The notes beneath the pieces were generated by a model that was not told the DNA's origin, did not search any database, and was given only the letters and a program-made list of their open reading frames with translations. Positions 25,878 through 36,028 of a stretch of DNA of 64,000 nucleotides are shown here, piece by piece. Source of the DNA: Dermatophilaceae bacterium (GTDB lineage Bacteria; Actinomycetota; Actinomycetes; Actinomycetales; Dermatophilaceae); the NCBI GenBank assembly GCA_051645525.1, contig JBOFBK010000518.1, positions 4,013 to 68,012 on the forward strand. Direction: 5' to 3'. How positions within the stretch are numbered: the first letter of the stretch is position 1; every line of letters begins with the position of its first letter. A program made the translations under genes and the position numbers.

Positions 25878-26774
25878 ATGACGTCATCCCCCTTCGGCCG
25901 CGTTCTCACCGCGATGGTGACCCCGATGTCCGACGGCGGTGCGGTCGACGACACCGGCGTCGAGGCGGTCGTCGACCACCTGCTCGGCTCCGGTCACGAC
26001 GGCATCGTCGTGAACGGCACCACCGGTGAGGCGCCCACGCTCACCGACGACGAGAGCATCGAGATGGTGCGGCTGGTCGCCAAGCGAGCCGCCGGTCGAG
26101 CCCGCGTGGTGGCCGGGGTCGGCTCCAACGACACCCGGCACGCGGTCGAGATGGCCGGCCGGGCGGCCGCCGCCGGTGCCGACGCCCTGCTGCTGGTCTC
26201 GCCGTACTACAACAAGCCCACCCAGGCCGGGCTGGTCGCGCACACCCGCGCCGTGGCCGATGCCACGGACCTGCCGGTGATGCTCTACGACATCCCGCAC
26301 CGCACCGGCATCCCGTTCACCACCGAGACCCTCGTGACGCTCGCCGAGCACCCGAATGTCCGCGCGGTCAAGGACGCCAAGGGCGACCTGTGGGCGAGCA
26401 CCCGGGTGATGGCCGAGACCGACCTGCTGTGGTTCTCCGGCGACGACGCGATGAACCTGCCGCTGCTCGCGCTCGGCGCCACCGGTGTCGTGAGCGTCGT
26501 CGGTCACGTCGCCGGGCGCGAGTACGCCGCGATGGTGCGGGCGGTGGATGACGGCGACCTCACCGAGGCGCGCCGGCTGCACACGCTGATCGTGCCGGTG
26601 GTCGAGGCGGTGATGAACACCTCGCAGGGCGCGATCATGGCCAAGGCAGCGCTCGCCGAGCTCGGCGTCATCGGGTCGGCCGCGGTGCGGCTGCCCCTCG
26701 TGGAGAGCCCACCGGAGCACCTCGAGAAGCTGCGCACCGCGCTCGCGACACTCGCCACCGTGCACACCCGATGA
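25878..26774 (+). CDS. dapA: 4-hydroxy-tetrahydrodipicolinate synthase
   Basis: [12 protein letters not shown]...[12 protein letters not shown]...[11 protein letters not shown]...YDIPHRTG...VKDAKGD motifs. Confidence 0.95.
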   Translation: MTSSPFGRVLTAMVTPMSDGGAVDDTGVEAVVDHLLGSGHDGIVVNGTTGEAPTLTDDESIEMVRLVAKRAAGRARVVAGVGSNDTRHAVEMAGRAAAAGADALLLVSPYYNKPTQAGLVAHTRAVADATDLPVMLYDIPHRTGIPFTTETLVTLAEHPNVRAVKDAKGDLWASTRVMAETDLLWFSGDDAMNLPLLALGATGVVSVVGHVAGREYAAMVRAVDDGDLTEARRLHTLIVPVVEAVMNTSQGAIMAKAALAELGVIGSAAVRLPLVESPPEHLEKLRTALATLATVHTR

Positions 26775-28456
26775 GCCTGCACCACTCCGAGCTCGGCCTC
26801 CCCGGGCCGCTCGCGAAGGGCGCCGTGCGCGTCATCCCCCTCGGTGGGCTGGGCGAGGTGGGTCGCAACATGGCGGTCGTCGAGCACGCGGGCCAGCTGC
26901 TCGTCATCGACTGCGGCGTACTGTTCCCCGACGACCACCACCCGGGGATCGACCTCATCCTCCCCGACATGGAGCCGATCGCCGACCGCCTCGACGACAT
27001 CCAGGCCATCGTGCTCACCCACGGCCACGAGGACCACATCGGCGGGGTGCCGTACCTGCTGCGGATGAAGCCGGACATCCCGCTCGTCGGCTCGACGCTG
27101 ACCCTCGCCCTGGTCGAGGCCAAGCTCAAGGAGCACCGCATCACCCCGTACACGCTCGGAGTGCGTGAGGGCGACCGCGAGCGGCTCGGGGTCTTCGACT
27201 GCGAGTTCGTCGCGGTGAACCACTCCATCCCCGACGCGCTCGCAGTCTGCGTGCGCACCCCCGGCGGCACGCTCCTGCACACCGGCGACTTCAAGATGGA
27301 CCAGCTGCCGCTCGACGGCCGGCTCACCGACCTGCGGGCGTTCGCCCGGCTCGGGGAGGAGGGGGTGGACCTGTTCCTCACCGACTCCACCAACGCCGAG
27401 GTGCCCGGGTTCACCACCACCGAGCGGGAAATCGCGCCTGCCATCGACAAGGTGTTCCGTGACGCCCGGCGGCGGATCATCGTCGCCTGCTTCTCCTCGC
27501 ACATCCATCGCGTGCAGCAGGTGCTCGACGCCGCCGAGAAGGCCGGCCGCAAGGTCGCGATGATCGGCCGGTCGATGGTGCGCAACATGGGCATCGCCGC
27601 CGATCTCGGCTACCTGCACGTGCCCGACGGGGTGCTGGTCGAGGTCAAGGAGCTCGCCGACCTGCCCGACTCGCGGGTCGTGCTCATCTGCACCGGGTCG
27701 CAGGGGGAGCCGATGGCGGCGTTGTCGCGGATGGCGAACCGCGACCACCGGATCGAGGTGGGAGAGGGCGACACGGTGCTGATGGCGTCATCCCTCATCC
27801 CCGGCAACGAGAACGCCGTGTACCGGGTGATCAACGGGCTGATGCGCCTCGGTGCGGATGTCGTGCACCGCGGCAACGCGCGCGTGCACGTCTCGGGCCA
27901 CGCCAGCGCCGGTGAGCTGCTCTACTGCTACAACATCGTGCGGCCGCGCAACGTCATGCCGGTCCACGGCGAGTGGCGGCACCTGGTCGCCAACGCCGAC
28001 CTCGCCGTGGCCACCGGGGTGCCGCGCGAGAACGTCGTCGTCGTGGAGGACGGCGTGGTCGTCGACCTGGTCGACGGCGTGGCACGGGTGGCCGGCGCGG
28101 TGCCGTGCGGGTACGTCTACGTCGACGGCTCGTCGGTGGGCGAGGCCGACGAGGCGCTGCTCAAGGACCGCGCCATCCTCCGCGACGAGGGCTTCATCTC
28201 GGTCACCGTCGTGGTCGACTCGATGACCGGCAAGGTGATCGCCGGCCCGGAGATCACCGCGCGCGGCTTCGTCGAGGACGAGGCCGTGTTCGACGAGATC
28301 ATCCCGCAGGTGACGCAGGCGCTGGATGACGCCACCTCCACCGGCAACACCGACCCCTACCAGCTCCAGCAGGTCGTGCGCCGCACCGTCGGCGGCTGGG
28401 TCGGCAGGAAGATCCGCCGCCGCCCGATGATCATCCCCATCGTCGTCGAGGCCTGA
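26771..28456 (+). CDS. rnj: ribonuclease J
   Basis: Metallo-beta-lactamase motif THGHEDHIGG, beta-CASP and C-terminal domain. 561 aa. ATGA overlap with dapA. Confidence 0.95.
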   Translation: MSLHHSELGLPGPLAKGAVRVIPLGGLGEVGRNMAVVEHAGQLLVIDCGVLFPDDHHPGIDLILPDMEPIADRLDDIQAIVLTHGHEDHIGGVPYLLRMKPDIPLVGSTLTLALVEAKLKEHRITPYTLGVREGDRERLGVFDCEFVAVNHSIPDALAVCVRTPGGTLLHTGDFKMDQLPLDGRLTDLRAFARLGEEGVDLFLTDSTNAEVPGFTTTEREIAPAIDKVFRDARRRIIVACFSSHIHRVQQVLDAAEKAGRKVAMIGRSMVRNMGIAADLGYLHVPDGVLVEVKELADLPDSRVVLICTGSQGEPMAALSRMANRDHRIEVGEGDTVLMASSLIPGNENAVYRVINGLMRLGADVVHRGNARVHVSGHASAGELLYCYNIVRPRNVMPVHGEWRHLVANADLAVATGVPRENVVVVEDGVVVDLVDGVARVAGAVPCGYVYVDGSSVGEADEALLKDRAILRDEGFISVTVVVDSMTGKVIAGPEITARGFVEDEAVFDEIIPQVTQALDDATSTGNTDPYQLQQVVRRTVGGWVGRKIRRRPMIIPIVVEA

Positions 28457-28664
28457 CACGCTGCGCTCTGCCGCCGTCGGACCTGCATGCCGTGAGACAG
28501 CGGACTGTCGCCTGGACGCCGCACCGTCGAATGCCGGATGTCGCCGAAGGGCACCGTCCGCCGTTTACGCGGTGTCTGCACACAACAGTTGTCCACAGGC
28601 GAAGCGACGACGTCCATGGGTGTCATCCCGCAACCCAGTCTTGTCGTCGACCAGAGGGGATGCT

Positions 28665-28991
28665 GTGCTGGTGACAGACACCGTGATCGACCAGGTTCGA
28701 GAGGATCCCGCGTCGCTGTCGCAGCCCGGCATGGCGGTCGTCGACGTCAATGCCGAGCAACGCGACGACCCCGACCGCTCGTACTTGTTCGTGTCCGTCA
28801 CGGTCGAAGCACCTCCGGGGGATCTGGACGCGTGGCCGGTCGACTCGGGCCTCGCGCTACGGCGTGCTGTTCGTGGTCGCGCACACGACGCGGGGTGGGA
28901 GGACGATGTCGTCGTCATCTTCGTCGTCGACCCGAGAACGGCGCGCGAGCAGGACCTTCCCGAGGATCCCGAGCCGTTCGACGCGTCGTGA
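28665..28991 (+). CDS. hypothetical acidic protein (orphan)
   Basis: GTG preceded by GAGGGGA. GC3 of about 80% in this frame. No motif recognised. The stop overlaps a GTG (GTGA) that opens a short downstream frame. Confidence 0.45.
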   Translation: MLVTDTVIDQVREDPASLSQPGMAVVDVNAEQRDDPDRSYLFVSVTVEAPPGDLDAWPVDSGLALRRAVRGRAHDAGWEDDVVVIFVVDPRTAREQDLPEDPEPFDAS

Positions 28992-29301
28992 CCGCACGAC
29001 CACTGCATCCGCGCGAGCTGCTGGACCTCGCCGGGGGAGCCGGCGGTGCGTGGGGCCGCCGGCGCTGACCGACGTACCAGGCGAGCTGGTCGCTGCCTGC
29101 GAGATCTTCACCTTGTTGCCAGAGCTTCGCCATCAGGCGGACTACGACCATGGCTTCGACATCAGTCGACTGATGTCGCTCACCGCGGTCGACGAGGCGG
29201 AGCGGGCGTTGGACATCATGGCCGACCTCAGGGGCGACGATCGCAGAGGTGCCCCCATTGCTCATCGACACGTGCCTCGCTGTGCGAACGTGAGCCCATA
29301 G
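28988..29301 (+). pseudogene. possible frameshifted HEPN-like gene (LPELRHQADYD...AVDEAERALDIM)
   Basis: The GTG 28988 frame (VTARPLHPRELLDLAGG...) stops at 29068. The frame starting at GTG 29050 continues with an R-x-x-A-D-Y helix typical of HEPN domains. One extra base between 28988 and 29050 (for example in the G5 run at 29033-29037) would fuse them into about 104 aa. Confidence 0.3.
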
Positions 29302-29324
29302 ACCAATCCGTTCGGCGTCTCGCC

Positions 29325-29489
29325 TTGTTGACGACAGGCGCCGCGGTGATCACCGCGGGTCTGGCGCTCCTGGCTTGGATCGCGACCGGCACCGTGGCGA
29401 ACGCACTCGAACTTCTCGGCGTCGTGGCGGTGCTCGCGACGGCCGGCTTCGGCTGGGCACTCGTCAGGGCCTATCGCGACGCGCGCTGA
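29325..29489 (+). CDS. possible 2-TM mini-protein
   Basis: LLTTGAAVITAGLALLAWIATGTVANALELLGVVAVLATAGFGWALVRAYRDAR. The start is uncertain (TTG 29325 or GTG 29346). Confidence 0.3.
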   Translation: MLTTGAAVITAGLALLAWIATGTVANALELLGVVAVLATAGFGWALVRAYRDAR

Positions 29490-29682
29490 CGACCCCCGGG
29501 CGGCTGACTCGCAAGGCGACTGACCGGGAACGAGCGACCAGGACACCCGCGGGATCGTCGCGATGCTTGGGCGTGTCCTGGTCATTCGAGAGCACCCGCT
29601 GCCCCGGACGCCGGCGCGGGACGGACGCACATCCGGGGGCGCTGGTCAGCGTGTGACGCGTGAGTCCGATGTGACGCTCGCG

Positions 29683-29688
29683 TAGCCT
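29683..29688 (+). promoter_or_regulatory. -10-like TAGCCT, 7 nt before the ftsK ATG (leaderless-type)
   Basis: TAGCCT-gcgcacc-ATG. Confidence 0.4.
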
Positions 29689-29695
29689 GCGCACC

Positions 29696-32467
29696 ATGGC
29701 GACACGTACGTCCACGACCGCGCGCGGGCGCGGGTCGTCCACCCGGCCCGCGAACCGGCGCACCGGCTCCAGCCCGAAGCGTCGCAGCGGCAGCACCCGG
29801 GGCGGAGGCCTGCCGCTGCCGTTGCGTGCCGCGCAGTCCACCTGGATGGGCCTGGCTCACGCCACCGGAGCGGTCGCGCGCAAGGTCGGCGACGCCGGGC
29901 GCGACCTCCAGCCCGAGCACCGCCGCGACGGTCTCGGCCTGCTGCTCGTCGCGCTCGCCGTGGTGGTCGCCGCCCGCGAGTGGTGGGGGATGCCGGGCGC
30001 GGTCGGCGTGGTCGTGCACGCCGTCGTGGCGGGCACTTTCGGCACGGTCGGCTACGCAGTGCCGATCGCCCTGCTGCTCGCCGGTATCCGGGTGTGGCGG
30101 GCGCCGCGCGAAGAGGCCGGGGACTCGCGGATGGCGGTCGGCACCGCCGCGCTGGCGTTCTCGGCCTGCGGGCTCGTCCACGTCGCCGCGGGCATCCCGC
30201 TACCCCCCGACGGCGCCGACGGCATGCGCGCGGCCGGCGGCATCATCGGCTTCCTCGCCTCGAGCCCGCTCGAGGCTGCCGTCTCGGTCTGGGGGACGGT
30301 GCCGCTGCTCGTCATGCTGGGCGTCTACGGCTTCCTCGTGCTCACCGCCACGCCGCTGCACCAGGTGCCGCAGCGGGTTCGCGGCGCGGTGGCAGCGCTC
30401 ACCGGACGCACCACCGAGACCCAGTCGGACAGTGCTGCTCCCGCCGACGAGCCGGCCCGGCCGCGCCGCCGCCGGCGAGCGACCGAGGATGCCGACAGCC
30501 CGCCGGCGGGCGGCCCGACCCTTGCCTCCGACCGGGAGGCGTTCGAGCAGGCCGCCGTCGTGGACCCGCGGACCGGACGCAAGCTGCGCCCCGGGCAGAA
30601 GCGCCCGGCGCTCGAGGGCGCCACCGGCGACGGAGCGGGGCCGTCGACCGGCGCCGGGAACGCCGCGTCGCGCGGGTCCGCCGACGCAGAGCACGGCATC
30701 CGCGGCGCTGCGGGCGCCGACGCCAAGGGTGGGCTCGAGCCGCCCCCCACCACGCCGTTGCCGCAGCGGGTCGAGCAGCTCACGCTCGCCGGCGACGTCA
30801 CCTACACCCTTCCCGACGCGGCCGTGCTCGAGCCGGGTAGCCCGCACCGCAGCCGCAGCGCAGCGAACGACCGGGTGGTCGAGGCGCTCACCGAGGTGCT
30901 CGACCAGTTCGAGATCGACGCCCAGGTCACCGGCTTCACCCGCGGGCCCACCGTGACCCGCTACGAGGTCGAGCTCGGCCCCGGCATCAAGGTCGAGCGG
31001 GTCACCGCGCTCTCCAAGAACATCGCCTACGCGGTGGCCAGCGCCGACGTGCGGATCCTCAGCCCCATCCCCGGCAAGTCGGCGATCGGCATCGAGATCC
31101 CCAACACCGACCGCGAGAAGGTCAGCCTCGGCGACGTGCTGCGCAGCCAGGTCGCGCGCGGCACGCAGCACCCGATGGTGATGGGCGTCGGCAAGGACGT
31201 CGAGGGCGGCTACGTCATCGCCAACCTCGCCAAGATGCCGCACCTGCTCGTCGCCGGTGCCACCGGCTCGGGCAAGTCGAGCTTCGTCAACACGATGATC
31301 ACCTCGGTGCTCATGCGAGCCACCCCCGACGAGGTGCGGATGGTGCTCGTCGACCCCAAGCGCGTCGAGCTCACCGCCTACGAAGGCATCCCGCACCTCA
31401 TCACCCCGATCATCACCAACCCGAAGAAGGCCGCCGAGGCCCTGCAGTGGGTCGTGCGCGAGATGGACACCCGCTACGACGACCTCGCCGCGTTCGGGTT
31501 CAAGCACGTCGACGACTTCAACACCGCGGTGCGCGCCGGATCGGTCACACCGCTCCCCGGCTCGGAGCGGGTCATCGCGCCCTACCCGTACCTGCTCGTC
31601 GTCGTCGACGAGCTTGCCGACCTGATGATGGTGGCGCCGCGCGACGTCGAGGAGTCGATCGTCCGGATCACCCAGCTGGCCCGCGCGGCCGGCATCCATC
31701 TCGTGCTCGCCACGCAGCGGCCGTCGGTCGACGTCGTCACCGGGCTGATCAAGGCCAACGTGCCGTCGCGGATGGCGTTCGCGACGTCCTCGCTCTCGGA
31801 CAGCCGGGTCGTGCTCGACCAGCCCGGCGCCGAGAAGCTCATCGGCCAGGGCGACGCGCTCTTCCTGCCGATGGGGGCGAGCAAGTCGATGCGCGTCCAG
31901 GGTGCGTGGGTCACCGAGTCCGAGATCACCGCGGTGGTCAAGCACGTCACCGACCAGCTCCGACCGGTGTACCGCGACGACGTCACCGTGGCCCAGGCCA
32001 AGAAGCAGGTCGACGAGGACATCGGCGACGACCTCGACCTGCTGCTCCAGGCCACCGAGCTCGTGGTCACCACGCAGTTCGGGTCGACGTCGATGCTGCA
32101 GCGCAAGCTGCGGGTCGGGTTCGCCAAGGCCGGCCGACTCATGGATCTCCTCGAGTCGCGCGGCGTGGTGGGCCCGTCGGAGGGGTCGAAGGCGCGCGAC
32201 GTGCTGGTCCGTCCCGACGACCTGCCGACGACCCTGGCGCTGATGCGCGGCGAGGAGGTGCCCGACGACGACCCGCCGTACGACGCCGAGCACCCGCCGG
32301 TGCCGGAGAGCATGACGGAGCAGCGTGCGCCCGTGCCCGACGCCTCCGGGGCGCCGGCGGGTGGCTACGGCGGTGACGCGGTGGCCGCCGACCTCGACCG
32401 TCGCGCGGCGGCCGACCCCGACGAGGAGCCGGGCGAAGACGCCTGGCAGCTCACCGGCCGGCGGTGA
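29696..32467 (+). CDS. ftsK: DNA translocase FtsK
   Basis: N-terminal TM segments, a Pro/Ala-rich linker, Walker A GATGSGKS, VVVDELADLMM, and the gamma winged-helix MLQRKLRVGFAKAGRLMDLLE. Confidence 0.95.
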   Translation: MATRTSTTARGRGSSTRPANRRTGSSPKRRSGSTRGGGLPLPLRAAQSTWMGLAHATGAVARKVGDAGRDLQPEHRRDGLGLLLVALAVVVAAREWWGMPGAVGVVVHAVVAGTFGTVGYAVPIALLLAGIRVWRAPREEAGDSRMAVGTAALAFSACGLVHVAAGIPLPPDGADGMRAAGGIIGFLASSPLEAAVSVWGTVPLLVMLGVYGFLVLTATPLHQVPQRVRGAVAALTGRTTETQSDSAAPADEPARPRRRRRATEDADSPPAGGPTLASDREAFEQAAVVDPRTGRKLRPGQKRPALEGATGDGAGPSTGAGNAASRGSADAEHGIRGAAGADAKGGLEPPPTTPLPQRVEQLTLAGDVTYTLPDAAVLEPGSPHRSRSAANDRVVEALTEVLDQFEIDAQVTGFTRGPTVTRYEVELGPGIKVERVTALSKNIAYAVASADVRILSPIPGKSAIGIEIPNTDREKVSLGDVLRSQVARGTQHPMVMGVGKDVEGGYVIANLAKMPHLLVAGATGSGKSSFVNTMITSVLMRATPDEVRMVLVDPKRVELTAYEGIPHLITPIITNPKKAAEALQWVVREMDTRYDDLAAFGFKHVDDFNTAVRAGSVTPLPGSERVIAPYPYLLVVVDELADLMMVAPRDVEESIVRITQLARAAGIHLVLATQRPSVDVVTGLIKANVPSRMAFATSSLSDSRVVLDQPGAEKLIGQGDALFLPMGASKSMRVQGAWVTESEITAVVKHVTDQLRPVYRDDVTVAQAKKQVDEDIGDDLDLLLQATELVVTTQFGSTSMLQRKLRVGFAKAGRLMDLLESRGVVGPSEGSKARDVLVRPDDLPTTLALMRGEEVPDDDPPYDAEHPPVPESMTEQRAPVPDASGAPAGGYGGDAVAADLDRRAAADPDEEPGEDAWQLTGRR

Positions 32468-32477
32468 GCCCCGGCCC

Positions 32478-32483
32478 TACAGT
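32478..32483 (+). promoter_or_regulatory. -10-like TACAGT, 6 nt before ATG 32490 (leaderless-type)
   Basis: TACAGT-ggcgcc-ATG. Confidence 0.4.
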
Positions 32484-32489
32484 GGCGCC

Positions 32490-33191
32490 ATGACCAGCGT
32501 CTGGGAGGACCTGCGGGAGCGGCCGTCGCGGTCGGCGCGGTGGCGGGCGACGGCACGACGCCAGCCGTCGGCTTTCCTGCTGCTCGTGCAGATCGTGCTC
32601 ATCCTCGCGCTGCCGTTCCTCGAGGGCGCCGGATGGGGCCGGGTCGTCATCACCCTGCTCAGCCTCGCCGCCGTGGTCACGGCGGTGTTCACCGTACGCA
32701 GCTCGCCCGCGCTCACCTGGCTCTCGATCCTGCTCGCCGCGCCCGCGGCCGTGTTCGAGCTGTGGAGTTTCTTCACCGACAGCACGACCGTGCTCGTCAC
32801 CGCCCATGTCGCGCTGGCGATCTTTTACCTCTACACCGCCTACGCGCTGATCGCCTACATGTTCGACGACTACTGGGTCACCGCCGACGAGCTGTTCGCG
32901 GTGGCCGCCTGCTTCACCGTGCTCGTCTTCGCCTTCGCCTACCTGTTCCTCTCCGTGCAGGAGGTGTGGCCGGCGTCGTTCACCTCCTTCGACGGCCCCG
33001 GCGAGCGCACCCTCTCGGAGCTGCTCTACTTCTCCGGCGCGAACCTCACCAGCGTCGGGTTGTCCGACGTGACCGCGATCCGCCCACAGGCGCGGTCGAT
33101 CACGACGGTCGAGCAGCTGGGCGGCGTGATGTACGTCGCGATGGTGATCTCACGGCTGGTCGCGCTCACCGTCATCCGCGCCCGTCAGTGA
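32490..33191 (+). CDS. ion-channel family membrane protein with degenerate pore signature
   Basis: Multi-TM protein with a pore-helix/filter-like segment [16 protein letters not shown] (compare TxxTxGYGD in K+ channels). 233 aa. Confidence 0.6.
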   Translation: MTSVWEDLRERPSRSARWRATARRQPSAFLLLVQIVLILALPFLEGAGWGRVVITLLSLAAVVTAVFTVRSSPALTWLSILLAAPAAVFELWSFFTDSTTVLVTAHVALAIFYLYTAYALIAYMFDDYWVTADELFAVAACFTVLVFAFAYLFLSVQEVWPASFTSFDGPGERTLSELLYFSGANLTSVGLSDVTAIRPQARSITTVEQLGGVMYVAMVISRLVALTVIRARQ

Positions 33192-33267
33192 TCCCGGGCC
33201 CGCCGTCGGTGCGGTCGGTGGTCCGGATGACGCCGGGCGCGACGAGAGCACGCGGTCCGCGCGCAAC

Positions 33268-33273
33268 TAGAGT
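33268..33273 (+). promoter_or_regulatory. -10-like TAGAGT, 7 nt before the rimO ATG (leaderless-type)
   Basis: TAGAGT-tgaacgc-ATG. Confidence 0.4.
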
Positions 33274-33280
33274 TGAACGC

Positions 33281-34708
33281 ATGACCTCCCCCAGCCGCGG
33301 CCGCGTCGCCGTGGTGACGCTCGGGTGCACCCGCAACGAGGTGGACTCCGAGGAGCTCGCCGGCCGGCTGGCCGCCGACGGCTGGGCACTCGTCGGCGAC
33401 GCCGCCGAGGCCGACGTCGCGCTCGTCAACACCTGCGGTTTCGTCGAGCAGGCGAAGAAGGACTCCGTCGACGCCCTGCTCGAGGCCGCCGACCTCAAGG
33501 GCACGGCACGCACCCGTGCCGTGGTGGCCGTGGGCTGCCTCGCCGAACGCTACGGGCAGACCCTCGCCGACGAGCTGCCCGAGGCCGATGCGGTACTCGG
33601 CTTCGACTCCTACGCGGACCTCTCCGGCCACCTGCGCGGCATCCTCGCCGGTGAGCGGCCGACATCCCACGTCCCTGCGGACCGCCGCCGCCTGCTGCCG
33701 CTCACGCCTGTCGAACGGGCGGATGCCGCCGCGTCGGTCGCGCTGCCCGGTCACGGCGACGGCGCGGGCGCACCGGTGCGGGCCCGGCTCGACGGGCGTC
33801 CCTGGGCGCCGCTGAAGATCGCCAGCGGCTGCGACCGGCGGTGCGCGTTCTGCGCCATCCCGTCGTTCCGGGGGTCGTTCGTGTCCCGCCGCCCGGCCGA
33901 CGTGCTCACCGAGGCGCGCTGGCTCGCGGCCGACGGCGTGCGCGAGCTGGTGCTGGTGAGCGAGAACTCCACCTCCTACGGGAAGGACCTCGGCGACATC
34001 CGGCTGCTCGAGGCGCTGCTGCCCGAGCTCGCCGCGGTCGACGGCGTGGAGCGGGTGCGGGTGTGCTACCTCCAGCCGGCCGAGGTGCGCCCCGGGCTGC
34101 TCGAGACGATGGCCGACACGCCTGGCGTCTCGCCGTGGTACGACCTGTCCTTCCAGCACGCCTCGCCCACGGTGCTCCGGCGGATGCGCCGCTTCGGCGA
34201 CACCGACGCCTTCCTCGACCTCGTCGAGCGGGTACGCCTCCGGGAGCCGCGGGCCGGCATCCGCAGCAACGTCATCGTCGGCTTCCCCGGCGAGACCGAT
34301 GACGACGTCGCCGAGCTCGAACGGTTCCTCGTCGCGGCCCGGCTCGACGTCGTCGGCGTGTTCGGCTACTCCGACGAGGACGGCACCGAGGCCGAGCGGC
34401 TCGGCGGCCATCTGCCCGAGCACGTGGTCGCCGAGCGGGTCGAGCGCGTCACCTCGCTCGTCGAGGAGCTCGTCGCGCAGCGGGCGCACGACCGGGTGGG
34501 CGAGCGGGTCTCCGTGCTCGTCGAGGAGCCCGACGCGGACGACCCGGCCGTCGTGGTGGGTCGGGCCGACCACCAGGGCCCGGATGTCGACGGGGTGTGT
34601 CTGGTGCGGATGCCGGCGCACGTGTCACCGCCGGAGGTCGGGTCGTTCGTCGACGGCGTGGTCGTGGACACCGTCGGGGCCGACCTCGTCATCGAGGCTG
34701 GCCGGTGA
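33281..34708 (+). CDS. rimO: ribosomal protein S12 methylthiotransferase RimO
   Basis: [18 protein letters not shown]...NTCGF (UPF0004 Cys triad), radical SAM motif CDRRCAFC, C-terminal TRAM. Confidence 0.9.
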   Translation: MTSPSRGRVAVVTLGCTRNEVDSEELAGRLAADGWALVGDAAEADVALVNTCGFVEQAKKDSVDALLEAADLKGTARTRAVVAVGCLAERYGQTLADELPEADAVLGFDSYADLSGHLRGILAGERPTSHVPADRRRLLPLTPVERADAAASVALPGHGDGAGAPVRARLDGRPWAPLKIASGCDRRCAFCAIPSFRGSFVSRRPADVLTEARWLAADGVRELVLVSENSTSYGKDLGDIRLLEALLPELAAVDGVERVRVCYLQPAEVRPGLLETMADTPGVSPWYDLSFQHASPTVLRRMRRFGDTDAFLDLVERVRLREPRAGIRSNVIVGFPGETDDDVAELERFLVAARLDVVGVFGYSDEDGTEAERLGGHLPEHVVAERVERVTSLVEELVAQRAHDRVGERVSVLVEEPDADDPAVVVGRADHQGPDVDGVCLVRMPAHVSPPEVGSFVDGVVVDTVGADLVIEAGR

Positions 34709-35454
34709 GCGACGCCGATCCACCTCGCGGTGCGGCACCACCGGCCTCGACCGCCGAGGACGGCGTCGCCGACCCGCACCGGGCGGGCGTCGACCCGGCT
34801 GACGCTGCGCCCCCCTCGGCCGGGCCCAGCGCGTGGAACATCGCCAACTACCTGACGGTGCTTCGGCTGGCGCTCGTGCCGGTCTTCGGGTGGCTGCTCC
34901 TCGTCGAGGACGGCCGCGACCCGGTGTATCGATGGGCCGCGTTCGCGGTGTTCGCGGTGGCGATGGTCACCGACCGCGTCGACGGCGACCTCGCGCGCCG
35001 CCGCGGGCTGGTGACCGACTTCGGCAAGGTCGTCGACCCGATCGCCGACAAGGCACTGGTCACCATGGCCCTCGTCGGTCTCTCCGCCATCGGCGCGCTC
35101 TGGTGGTGGGTCACCGTCGTGGTGCTCGTGCGGGAGTGGGGGGTCACTGCCGTGCGGTTCTGGGTGATCCGCCACGGAGTCATCGCGGCGGGCCGCGGCG
35201 GCAAGCTCAAGACACTGCTCCAATCACTGGGCATCGGCCTGGTCATCTGGCCGCGCTGGGTCCTACCCGCGCCCGCGCTGTGGGATGCCGTGGCCTGGGT
35301 CTGCCTGGGCGCGGCGGTGGTCGTCACGGTTGCGACCGGGGCGGACTACGTCGTCCAGGCGCTGCGCCTTCGTCGCACGAGCGACCGCGCCGAGCGCAAG
35401 CGGACCGCCCGAGCTGCCCGAACGGCCGGAGCGCGGCATCCGGGGCCTTCGTGA
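34705..35454 (+). CDS. pgsA: CDP-diacylglycerol--glycerol-3-phosphate 3-phosphatidyltransferase
   Basis: CDP-alcohol phosphotransferase motif [12 protein letters not shown]...[14 protein letters not shown] overlap with rimO. Confidence 0.88.
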   Translation: MSDADPPRGAAPPASTAEDGVADPHRAGVDPADAAPPSAGPSAWNIANYLTVLRLALVPVFGWLLLVEDGRDPVYRWAAFAVFAVAMVTDRVDGDLARRRGLVTDFGKVVDPIADKALVTMALVGLSAIGALWWWVTVVVLVREWGVTAVRFWVIRHGVIAAGRGGKLKTLLQSLGIGLVIWPRWVLPAPALWDAVAWVCLGAAVVVTVATGADYVVQALRLRRTSDRAERKRTARAARTAGARHPGPS

Positions 35455-35491
35455 CACCGGGGCCTTCGTGACACCGGGGCCTTCGGTGACA
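35440..35491. repeat. 17-bp tandem repeat x3 (CCGGGGCCTTCGTGACA; third copy 18 bp) at the pgsA stop / cinA start junction
   Basis: Copies at 35440-35456, 35457-35473 and 35474-35491. Each carries GTGA. Copy 1 supplies the pgsA stop. Copies 2 and 3 supply in-frame GTG starts for cinA. Confidence 0.9.
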
Positions 35492-36028
35492 GCGCGGGAT
35501 GTCGTGGCGGCACTGAGCCGCGCCGGGCTGAGCGTCGCGACCGCGGAGTCGCTCACCGGGGGCCTGGTGTGCGGCGCCCTCACCGAGGTGCCGGGTGCGT
35601 CATCCGTGGTCCGTGGTGGCGTGGTCGCCTACGCGGCCGACGTGAAGTCCTCGCTGCTCCGGGTGGATGCGGGCCTGCTCGCCCGTGACGGGACGGTGAA
35701 CGCCGAGGTCGCCGCTGCGATGGCCGAGGGGGTGCGCGGCCTGACCGGGGCCGATGTCGGGGTGTCGACCACCGGGGTGGCCGGTCCCGGACCGGCCGAG
35801 GGGCGTGCGGCCGGCACGGTCGTCGTCGGTGTCGCGGGGCCCTGGGGAATCGTCACGGAGCAGTACGCGTTCCCCGGCGGTCGGGACGAGGTGCGTCGCG
35901 CGAGCGTCGCCGCCGCCCTGGCGTTGACCGGCCGTGAGGTGCGCAGGCATCGCCCTGATCGGGAGGCGCCGGGGTACGGTTGTCCCGACACCGACCGGTC
36001 CGACGTGCCAGGAGAGGAGGCGCCGTGA
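35468..36028 (+). CDS. cinA: CinA-family C-terminal domain protein (nicotinamide-nucleotide amidohydrolase PncC-like)
   Basis: LSVATAESLTGGLVCGALTEVPGASSV..GGVVAY...KSSLL.V motif. The start is either GTG 35468 or GTG 35486. Confidence 0.85.
   Translation: MTPGPSVTARDVVAALSRAGLSVATAESLTGGLVCGALTEVPGASSVVRGGVVAYAADVKSSLLRVDAGLLARDGTVNAEVAAAMAEGVRGLTGADVGVSTTGVAGPGPAEGRAAGTVVVGVAGPWGIVTEQYAFPGGRDEVRRASVAAALALTGREVRRHRPDREAPGYGCPDTDRSDVPGEEAP

Noticed and set aside
28688-28705. GGTTCGAG resembling a tRNA T-loop
   Set aside because: There is no acceptor or anticodon stem complementarity in the flanks, and it lies inside a high-GC3 coding frame.
29696-32467. FtsK-like ATPase considered as the T7SS coupling ATPase EccC for the WXG cassette
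   Set aside because: It has a single ATPase module, an N-terminal 4-TM + Pro-rich linker and a C-terminal gamma winged helix (MLQRKLRVGFAKAGR). Its position is the conserved rnj-ftsK-pgsA context. It is the housekeeping FtsK.
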